A stretch of 44,948 nucleotides of DNA from a virus: IMG/VR virus record IMGVR_UViG_3300033802_000183. One strand, written 5' to 3'. The notes under the pieces were generated by a model that did not search any database, was not told where the DNA came from, and saw only the letters and a list, made by a program, of their open reading frames with translations. The position numbers and the translations under genes were made by a program. Positions 15,759 through 22,319 of the stretch are shown one piece after another (position 1 is the first letter of the stretch; each line of letters begins with the position of its first letter).

Positions 15759-15772
15759 TCGCACCCCTCCTA

Positions 15773-15786
15773 AGAACGTCTGTTCT
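15773..15786. promoter_or_regulatory. LexA (Cheo-type) SOS box AGAACGTCTGTTCT
   Basis: Perfect GAAC-N4-GTTC dyad just downstream of the yolD-like -10 element. Confidence 0.7.
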
Positions 15787-15788
15787 TA

Positions 15789-15818
15789 ATTATATGCGAA
15801 TATTTGTTCCTAAAACAA
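15789..15818 (-). promoter_or_regulatory. Promoter of the yolD-like gene (TTGTTT-18-TATAAT)
   Basis: On the minus strand, -35 is at 15818-15813 and -10 at 15794-15789. Both SOS boxes overlap it. Confidence 0.65.
15797..15810. promoter_or_regulatory. Second SOS-box-like site CGAATATTTGTTCC
   Basis: GAAT-N4-GTTC inside the promoter spacer, one mismatch from the half-site consensus. Confidence 0.6.
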
Positions 15819-15820
15819 TA

Positions 15821-15849
15821 TTTACTCGCTCAGAAGTTTGTGTTAAAAT
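15821..15849 (+). promoter_or_regulatory. Plus-strand promoter TTTACT-17-TAAAAT with extended -10 (TGt)
   Basis: -35 at 15821-15826, TG at 15841-15842, -10 at 15844-15849. It points into the ORF-free GC-rich region. Confidence 0.55.
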
Positions 15850-15855
15850 TAATAT

Positions 15856-16367
15856 GTAAAATTATTATCCGTCACGCCGTCACGCTGCGCTGTCGCGGCG
15901 GCAACGTTAGTTGTTAAGCGGTCAAGCCCTGCGCATTCGCGGAGCAAGTGACGGACTAGTACCCCAGGTTGCCGTGCGGATTGGGGTATTCCCGATCGGC
16001 GGCGTAAAATGGCCTGATGCATGACGGGTCCGGTGTGTGCCGGATAACCCGCCGTGCTTAATGGAATGCGGTGGCGGAAAAGGTGGACGCTAAGCGTAAG
16101 ATAGCAGCCTTGTGTGACCGGGTGTAGCGGTTGGTAGTCCCTGCGACTCTTCGTCGCAAACTACGAAGTGGGGAGCCTGGCAGGTACGAAATGCTATCAT
16201 GCCAGGTGCAAATCCTGGCCCGCATTCCGTACATAATAGACCCATCCCGCGCCTCTTCACAATGCGTGACAGGGCTGGCCGAAAAAAGCCCGGCGGTATC
16301 ATCCGTCGGGTTTCTGCATAAAATATATTGGGTTGTTAGTCGGTGCCCTTTGGGCCCGGCTTTTTTC
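15856..16367 (+). ncRNA. Candidate large structured non-coding RNA, family not recognised
   Basis: There is no credible ORF. G+C is 58% against 24% in the preceding 80 bp. It is bounded by a promoter and two hairpin+T-tract terminators and is dense in local helices. The strand is inferred from the promoter and terminators only. Confidence 0.45.
16289..16310. terminator. Bidirectional hairpin CCCGGCGG-tatcat-CCGTCGGG flanked by A6 and T3
   Basis: 8-bp stem with one G-U on the plus RNA. On the minus strand it is followed by CTTTTTTCGG, so it likely terminates the XRE cassette. Confidence 0.6.
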
Positions 16368-16614
16368 TTGCTCGAATAATCTTTACGCCAGGCGTTTGCA
16401 ATTCGTCGATTCTGCGGCACACTTCATACTGCCAATCGGTATCGTTTGTCATGCTGGCGAGCAAAGACAGGTTCTCCAACTTTACCCGTTTCCACACATC
16501 GTTTGCAAGCCACTCTAAACATTGACCGATTTCGTACATTTCTTTTTCGGTCAAGTCTCTTTGTTTGCTGATCGTCCAAAGCTCGGCAAGCCGTTGCTCA
16601 ACTGCGTTCACCAT
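16336..16614 (-). CDS. 92-aa hypothetical protein
   Basis: Track ORF 16336..16815 trimmed to the ATG at 16614 (MVNAVEQRLAELW...), which overlaps the upstream micro-ORF stop. Confidence 0.6.
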   Translation of the reverse strand: MVNAVEQRLAELWTISKQRDLTEKEMYEIGQCLEWLANDVWKRVKLENLSLLASMTNDTDWQYEVCRRIDELQTPGVKIIRARKKPGPKGTD

Positions 16615-16724
16615 AGCGATACCCAACCTTTCACGGCAAATGCGCCCAGGACAAGCACGTAGACGGCAGGAAGATGTTCTTTCAGCCGCCGACGAGGCTT
16701 GCATAAGTCGATCACAACATACAT
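16608..16724 (-). CDS. 38-aa membrane micro-protein (hand-called)
   Basis: MYVVIDLCKPRRRLKEHLPAVYVLVLGAFAVKGWVSLW. Strong GAAAGGAG SD. ATGGTGA overlap with the next gene. Confidence 0.5.
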   Translation of the reverse strand: MYVVIDLCKPRRRLKEHLPAVYVLVLGAFAVKGWVSLW

Positions 16725-16799
16725 CTGTATCAACTCCTTTCGATTTTGATACAGTATATGTTCCTGAAGGTAAAATATTGCTTGTCCACTTCACATTTT

Positions 16800-16997
16800 T
16801 TATTCCAAGATCCAAATTTCGTCTATATGCATGTCCAATGCTTTTGCAATATCGGCGGCAGTCTCCAACTTTGGAATCGTGCCATTGACGATTTTGCTCA
16901 TTGCTCCGTGGGAAATGGGTTTTTTCATACGCTTCAGCAAATCCTGTTGCTTTATATTTCGTTCAGCCAGAATCACTTTAAGGCGGCTTTTGAGCAT
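16800..16997 (-). CDS. Small XRE-family HTH regulator
   Basis: LKVILAERNIKQQDLLKRMKKPISHGAMSKIVNG is an HTH_3-like pattern (65 aa). Confidence 0.8.
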   Translation of the reverse strand: MLKSRLKVILAERNIKQQDLLKRMKKPISHGAMSKIVNGTIPKLETAADIAKALDMHIDEIWILE

Positions 16998-17067
16998 AAA
17001 ATCACCCCGGACATACTTCTATCCGAGGCTTGTCGAATCCTTTGACGACAATTGCCGAAAATAAAAA

Positions 17068-17093
17068 TCCCCGCCAGCCTAAGCCAGCGGGGA
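17068..17093. terminator. Bidirectional rho-independent terminator at the end of the late/lysis operon
   Basis: TCCCCGC...GCGGGGA stem flanked by AAAATAAAAA and TATATTTTTT. Confidence 0.8.
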
Positions 17094-17101
17094 TATATTT
17101 T

Positions 17102-17347
17102 TTACTCCCTTTTCTCTATGGTATTTTTCGTTCCACTCCACAGCCCCACAGCCGCAAGGCCCATGACGATGCCTTGAAACAAAGCCGCTTTCCAATCATC
17201 CGGGCTGATATAGACAAATCCTGCGCCGATCCCTAACAGAAGCGCAATAAGCGGTTGAATCTTCGGCCCTGCGCCGAATTGTTTGGTTAACTGAACTAAA
17301 GCCATGATCACCGGGATAACGGCAATGTCGTAAACTTGGAATTCCAT
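17102..17347 (-). CDS. Holin
   Basis: 81 aa with multiple TM helices and a charged C-terminus, immediately downstream of the endolysin. Confidence 0.75.
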   Translation of the reverse strand: MEFQVYDIAVIPVIMALVQLTKQFGAGPKIQPLIALLLGIGAGFVYISPDDWKAALFQGIVMGLAAVGLWSGTKNTIEKRE

Positions 17348-17353
17348 TTTTCA

Positions 17354-17983
17354 TCATCCTTTCTTTTCTTGAATAAGTCCAAGCCTGTCCAATACGGTAA
17401 TGAACTCCGCACGGGTCAAAGCGTCGTTAGGCCGGGTTCCGTCTATAGCCTTTGCGTTTACGGCTTTTTCCCAGGATGCTTTGGCCCATGTGGGAACGTC
17501 GTCTTTTTCTTCTGTCATTGCTTCTCTCACATCCTTTTCAAACTGTGCGTGATCGAATAATGTATGATGCGGACAGTCTTTACCGTATACCACTTTATGC
17601 GGTTTCAGTTCGGTTAATCCAAGTTCTTTCATTAATCCGGAGATCACTCGGACAGCATTTTGATACGTTTCTTTATCCAGCGGTTGTCCGTATTTCACCC
17701 GGTTACAGCAGATTTCCACACCAATCCAGTTAGAGTTGTATTCTCCATTTCCATCCCCTGCGTGCCAGCCGATTTCGTCAAACGGAAGATGTTGTATCGC
17801 TTTCTTATGGTCCACAGTAACATGCCAACTCACTTCTCGGTCGGTGGTGACCAAATATCTCGCGTGCATTTCCGCATCGGCTGACGGATTCCAGTTTGCG
17901 GTGCAGTGATATAGAATGCCTTTGGGTTTCATTTTCCGTCCTGGACGGTTATGCCTTCCTAAAGGAATAGGCCATTGTTCCAT
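17354..17983 (-). CDS. N-acetylmuramoyl-L-alanine amidase (Amidase_2/PGRP type) endolysin with a C-terminal SLH-like domain
   Basis: YHCTANW ... SWHVTVD ... GWHAGDGNG ... IGVEIC zinc-amidase pattern. C-terminal WAKASWEKAVNAKAIDGTRPNDALTRAEFITVL resembles an SLH motif. Confidence 0.88.
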   Translation of the reverse strand: MEQWPIPLGRHNRPGRKMKPKGILYHCTANWNPSADAEMHARYLVTTDREVSWHVTVDHKKAIQHLPFDEIGWHAGDGNGEYNSNWIGVEICCNRVKYGQPLDKETYQNAVRVISGLMKELGLTELKPHKVVYGKDCPHHTLFDHAQFEKDVREAMTEEKDDVPTWAKASWEKAVNAKAIDGTRPNDALTRAEFITVLDRLGLIQEKKG

Positions 17984-17987
17984 ATTC

Positions 17988-18161
17988 TCACTTCCCCATA
18001 ATCAAACTTGCAAGTTGCAACAAAAAAGAACCACCCAATATTGTGACTCCCCAGCCGGCCCATTTACGGATTGATTGCACATGATCTTTTAACAACGCGC
18101 TGTCCACCTCCAGCGTGCGAATTCGTTTTTCATGATCTTGAACTTGATCTTCCAGCCTCAT
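17988..18161 (-). CDS. XhlA-like lysis accessory protein (57 aa, hand-called)
   Basis: MRLEDQVQDHEKRIRTLEVDSALLKDHVQSIRKWAGWGVTILGGSFLLQLASLIMGK: an N-terminal coiled coil plus a C-terminal TM helix, upstream of the amidase. Confidence 0.6.
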   Translation of the reverse strand: MRLEDQVQDHEKRIRTLEVDSALLKDHVQSIRKWAGWGVTILGGSFLLQLASLIMGK

Positions 18162-18195
18162 GTCTCATCCCCCTACGTTTTGCTAGAATAAAAAT

Positions 18196-18225
18196 ACTCT
18201 CTGCTTTCCCTACGTGGCAGAGAGT
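18196..18225 (-). terminator. Hairpin ACTCTCTGC/GCAGAGAGT + U-tract (minus strand)
   Basis: 9-bp perfect stem and 12-nt loop. The minus strand continues ATTTTTATTCT. Confidence 0.65.
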
Positions 18226-18228
18226 AAA

Positions 18229-18260
18229 AGGGGAAGGATTTGGCCTACTTGCCTTCCCCT
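18229..18260 (-). terminator. Hairpin AGGGGAAGG/CCTTCCCCT directly after the 1351-aa gene
   Basis: 9-bp perfect stem and 14-nt loop, with a short U-tract on the minus strand. Confidence 0.5.
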
Positions 18261-18263
18261 GAA

Positions 18264-21200
18264 TCATCTTCCCGACATTGGCACTCCGGCTTGTTCCATC
18301 AGTGTATTGATGTCCAGATAAATTTCGTTCATCCTGGCGCGAATATCACGCTGTAACTCTGCTCGTTCTGTTGCAGACAGTGATTTATCCGCACTGATTT
18401 GACGCTGAAGTTTTCCAAGATCAGAAAGAACCTTTGACGGTGCGCCTTTAGCTTGTGAAGTGACTAATTTGTACAAAACCGGATCGAACCATTCAGGCAA
18501 TGGCACTCCGGCGTTTTTGTTGTCGTTGTAAGCTCGGGTTAAGTTTTCTTTGGCGGTGTAGAAGTCGTCCGCTAATGTGTTTGTAAACACCGGGTCCGCG
18601 ATGAAGTTTCTTAAAATGGTTTCTCTCGGTCTTCCAGCTCCTACCTCAGAAGTCAAAGGCAACAATAACCTTGCCGGATCACCCCCATAAGCTCTTAACA
18701 AATAATCCACTTTCATCGGGGACATGTTTAAAATATTCCCGATTTGTATGGCAATGGCGCTGGTTCTTTCATCGTATTGATACCGCGGCGACATGTTTTG
18801 AAGTCTTTGCGGCACAATCGGCGCGCCCGTAAAGGATTGGTTCGTCATGATCGCCGCATAGGGAGCAAGGACACTCGCATTCGCCAATCCTGCAAGACTT
18901 TGTTCTACCCCGCCGCTTTGTGTAATTCCTTGTGCAGCACCGGATAAAAGTGGCGGCAAGAAAGCATTGGCCACAGCATCAGCGACGCCCTTAAAAGCGT
19001 CAGGGTCTTCGTCTTTATAGAAAGCCAGAATATCCTGCATAAACGCTCCAAAAGCGTTGTATTCAGGTGACATAGGAATCTTTACAAAGGTTCCGTCTTC
19101 GTTCTTGGCGATAAACAAATTCCGGTATCTTTCCCTTGCAGGTAGTTTTTGATAATCCGGATCGTCATGAAACATCATGTATTCAAGGAATTTCGGAACC
19201 ATGACAGCCCCGCCAACCATCGCAGTGGTTTTGATAGGATTGTTTTTAAACGCTTTGGCAAACCGGTACAATCCTTGAATCGCTGCGTTTTGGTAAGGGA
19301 TGAATTTTTCAATCATGTTGGCCTGGGAACCTCTTCGGCTCCAGTTGGCGGTGATTTCTCTTGCTTCCATTAATGCTTGTCTAATGGCTTCAGGACTCCG
19401 ATCCCCGCCTTGTCTTCTCATGGCTCCGCGAAAAGCGGCCATACGGTTGAGATTTTCCGATATATCCGCCAGTCCTTCCATCGCGCGGAACGGAAGGGTT
19501 AACGCTCTTCCTGCTGTTCGGGCGATGTTTTGCGGGGAAAGAATCGGATAGCGGTTCATCTCGCTTATACCGCGTCTTAAACGACGATCCCCGCGCAATG
19601 CCGCGGAATATTCTCCCCCAACTCTGCGGAAATCTTGGGCCAACTGGCGAAGTCTTTGCGTTCCTGGTGTGTTGGCCGGCAAACGGTCTGCAATGGTGCT
19701 AAATGTTGCATAGACCAAATCCCAAAGATGCTGTACCGGCGCTTTGGATTGAATTAAGGCTTGAACGGTATCCATCCCTATGCCTTTGATCGCAAACATG
19801 GGTGCGAGTGCTCCAGTTGCCCCTCTTTTGGTCAAATCCGACAAAAATCCGGCCATATCCAATATCAGATTGGATTGCTCCGCACCCATGCCAACAAGCG
19901 CTTTGACAGCTTCCGGGTCTTTTACTCGGATGTAAACCGGTTCGCCCCTGACCATCGCTCTTACGATGTTGTCATCGTCCAAGCGCGTGCGTTTAAAGAG
20001 TTTGTTAAAATCTTCATCCAGCATTTCCAAGAAATCTTCCGGCCCTTCTTCCAAAAGAATCTGTCGTAAGTTGGGTTGCCCTTTTTTCGGTTGAACGATT
20101 TCCGCAATGTCTTTCATGCCTTCCGGGTCTCTCAGAATATGATTGACAATCCCTTGCATTACGCGATTCCGCAAAGCTGCATTCACCCACGCACCCGTTG
20201 CTTCGATAGTTGATCTTCTCGGGTCAACGATCCTTCTTATGGAACCGGTCGGGCTGACTTCTTTGATCGGCGCTTTCTGTCCACTGAATGTTGCTCTCAC
20301 TCTTAGGCTCGTAGGACTCGCAAATTTTTCAGACGTAGAGAACTGTCTTCTCATTGGTGCATAGTTCGGATTTCGTTCACGTAACAACCGGTACAATTCC
20401 GGGGAGATTAGGCCTTCCTCCACGCCGTAAACTCTTAAAAGATTATCGTTATATTGGTCCCATTCCCTGGCGATATTGACGAAATTCGGATAACGCTGTT
20501 CATACATTTGAATCCGTTGTTGAACCTTCTCTGGCGTCATGTTCAAGCTTGGGTCGTAAACCCTTTCCCCGCGCTGCATTCTGGTTAGCGCGTGACGGAG
20601 TACGAGATAATCCGTAAATGCTTTTGATTCACCACGGCCCACTTTTCTAAAGATGTTCTGGAGTCCTTCGCCTACGACTTGCCCTTGTGGATTCACGAAC
20701 TTATCCCTAACTATGACGTTAGCGATATTGTTTGCTCTTGCTGCGTCAATGGCCTTATCGTATATTTCCCGGCTGATCCGTTTTAAAGGAGAAAGATAAT
20801 CGACAAAGTTTTGATAAACCGCTCTCGCTGTAGCCTGTGCGTTTTGTTTAAGACCTTGAATATCTTTTCTGAGCGGACTGCCAACAATCTGTTCCGATGT
20901 ATCCAGCAAGCCTTTCCTCACCCTACGAGTACTGCCAAATGGCGAAATTCCAACGCCGAAATTCCCGAATAGACGAGTAAACCAGTTTTGCCGTGTCGGC
21001 TGTGCGGATTCAACCGTTTGCGCCGTGACTGCCAATGGCGTTTCCCTTGCAGGTTGCGCAACTGTTGGTGTTTCTCTTGTTGTTTCTGCCCTCCTCACTA
21101 CAACGCGCGTTTCTGGCATAGCCACGGTTCCCGTGACTTGCGGTTCAGGCATTCTTCTTACATTTGGCCCAAGCCCAGCAATTTGCGCCATTCTGCCTCT

Positions 21201-22319
21201 CTGTAAAGCCCTGGGCGAAATCCTGCGGGAAGGATAAGCCAAATCAATCAGACGGTCCAAGCTCGGGTCTGTCGGTTCGGCCATCCGTGACCACAAGTCC
21301 TCCAACGCTTCTAATTCTCTGCCCGGCGGGAACTGCTGTCGATTCGCTTCTGCAATTAATCGTTCAAACTTCACCCGGTAAGGATTCGGGCCGGTTCTCG
21401 CGCGTGTTGGCTGAAAAGAAGGTTCAGGCAATGCTCTTGGTCCGGTTTCAGGAACATTTATCACTTCCGGCGTTTGCGCTGTGTTGACATTACCTCGCTG
21501 TCTCGGCGCTGGCAATGCCAAGACTTCTTGTTGAGATTGGGTCTGTTTTCGGTTCAGAAGTCTCTCTAAACCGCGTCTTACCCACGGAGCAGAAGCACTT
21601 ACCACTGCATCCCCGCCAGCAAATAACGCGGTCTCCAAGGCAACATTTCCCGCACGTTCAGCTAATGTTTGATCTTCGTCGCCCCTTGTATCCAAAGCAA
21701 CGTCAGCCAGCTCTTTTGCGCCGGAATAGGTTGCTCCTGCGGCCGCACCTCTCGCGGCAGTTTGAACGACTCTCGGCGCGTTTCGGGTTAAAGGCGTCGT
21801 TAAACCCCTTGTTAGCCGATAAGCCCCGGCAATCGGTACAGCTTCGCCGATAAACCTCCCGACCTTTCCTGCCGCAGATTGGGTTTCTTGTTGGGCCTGT
21901 CTTCCGCCTGGTAATAGAGCATTCGGAAGTTCCAAATATGCCGCGTTAATTGCTTGAATGGTCGCATCGGAAGTAGCCCCTACGATTCGATCTGCCAAAG
22001 AACGTGGCGTGCCTTCATACGGGCGATATTCTTCCACTTGCCTGCGCACGGACTCAGGCACTTGTGCGCGTCCGGTTCTTACATCCTCTACCGTGATTCT
22101 TTGGCTCGGCGGTGCGCCTAAACTGGTTGCGCCTGGAATCAAGGGTCTCGGCCTTGGTTCAGGTTCAGGCGTTTCAAAACTTCTTAACACATCGCTAGCC
22201 GAAAATGTTCTTAATGTTTGATATTTACTCCAATCCACGCTTGTGATGTTTTCTTTGCGGCGTTGTTCTTCGATAGGTTCTAACCCGTACTTTGACCAGT
22301 CAATAGGCATAATTTTCAC
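18264..22319 (-). CDS. Giant virion-associated protein (internal/ejection-protein-like, 1351 aa)
   Basis: This is the last structural gene before lysis. Its size is comparable to podovirus internal core proteins. It has a Pro/Arg-rich N-terminal third. No catalytic motif was recognised. Confidence 0.6.
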   Translation of the reverse strand: MKIMPIDWSKYGLEPIEEQRRKENITSVDWSKYQTLRTFSASDVLRSFETPEPEPRPRPLIPGATSLGAPPSQRITVEDVRTGRAQVPESVRRQVEEYRPYEGTPRSLADRIVGATSDATIQAINAAYLELPNALLPGGRQAQQETQSAAGKVGRFIGEAVPIAGAYRLTRGLTTPLTRNAPRVVQTAARGAAAGATYSGAKELADVALDTRGDEDQTLAERAGNVALETALFAGGDAVVSASAPWVRRGLERLLNRKQTQSQQEVLALPAPRQRGNVNTAQTPEVINVPETGPRALPEPSFQPTRARTGPNPYRVKFERLIAEANRQQFPPGRELEALEDLWSRMAEPTDPSLDRLIDLAYPSRRISPRALQRGRMAQIAGLGPNVRRMPEPQVTGTVAMPETRVVVRRAETTRETPTVAQPARETPLAVTAQTVESAQPTRQNWFTRLFGNFGVGISPFGSTRRVRKGLLDTSEQIVGSPLRKDIQGLKQNAQATARAVYQNFVDYLSPLKRISREIYDKAIDAARANNIANVIVRDKFVNPQGQVVGEGLQNIFRKVGRGESKAFTDYLVLRHALTRMQRGERVYDPSLNMTPEKVQQRIQMYEQRYPNFVNIAREWDQYNDNLLRVYGVEEGLISPELYRLLRERNPNYAPMRRQFSTSEKFASPTSLRVRATFSGQKAPIKEVSPTGSIRRIVDPRRSTIEATGAWVNAALRNRVMQGIVNHILRDPEGMKDIAEIVQPKKGQPNLRQILLEEGPEDFLEMLDEDFNKLFKRTRLDDDNIVRAMVRGEPVYIRVKDPEAVKALVGMGAEQSNLILDMAGFLSDLTKRGATGALAPMFAIKGIGMDTVQALIQSKAPVQHLWDLVYATFSTIADRLPANTPGTQRLRQLAQDFRRVGGEYSAALRGDRRLRRGISEMNRYPILSPQNIARTAGRALTLPFRAMEGLADISENLNRMAAFRGAMRRQGGDRSPEAIRQALMEAREITANWSRRGSQANMIEKFIPYQNAAIQGLYRFAKAFKNNPIKTTAMVGGAVMVPKFLEYMMFHDDPDYQKLPARERYRNLFIAKNEDGTFVKIPMSPEYNAFGAFMQDILAFYKDEDPDAFKGVADAVANAFLPPLLSGAAQGITQSGGVEQSLAGLANASVLAPYAAIMTNQSFTGAPIVPQRLQNMSPRYQYDERTSAIAIQIGNILNMSPMKVDYLLRAYGGDPARLLLPLTSEVGAGRPRETILRNFIADPVFTNTLADDFYTAKENLTRAYNDNKNAGVPLPEWFDPVLYKLVTSQAKGAPSKVLSDLGKLQRQISADKSLSATERAELQRDIRARMNEIYLDINTLMEQAGVPMSGR

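Noticed and set aside
16014-16080. Hammerhead-like CTGATG ... GAAA strings.
   Set aside because: The core is CUGAUGC, not CUGAUGA, and the required three-stem arrangement cannot be drawn.
16000-16180. Short 16S-rRNA-like strings in the GC-rich region: GGCGTAAA, GGTGTAGCGGT, TGGTAGTCC and GTGGGGAGC.
   Set aside because: They are only 8-11 nt each, not colinear with 16S spacing, and the intervening sequence does not align with the Bacillus 16S sequence I recall. Matches of this length are expected by chance.
16202-16230. tRNA-like T-arm (CCAGG-TGCAAAT-CCTGG) followed by CCCGCAT.
   Set aside because: No matching 5' acceptor strand lies at tRNA distance, the T-loop has G where U55 is expected, and there is no D-arm or anticodon arm.
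16168-16235. Cobalamin-riboswitch-like core (GGGGAGCC ... GCCAGGTGCAAATCCTGGCCCGCA).
   Set aside because: No B12 box (AGTCAGGAGACCTGCC-like) or GCCACTG element follows, a 25-nt insertion breaks the core, and there is no downstream regulated gene on the plus strand.
16264-16300. SAM-I-like segment (AGGGCTGGCCGAAAAAAGCCCGGCGG).
   Set aside because: Only one helix resembles the consensus, the element order is wrong relative to the GGTGC.AAT.CC element, and the rest of the four-way junction is missing.
16058-16420. Track ORFs across the GC-rich region: 120 aa and 70 aa on the minus strand and 82 aa on the plus strand.
   Set aside because: They overlap one another and have no SD. Their Arg/Cys/Pro/Ser-heavy composition is typical of random GC-rich frames, and one runs through a terminator hairpin.
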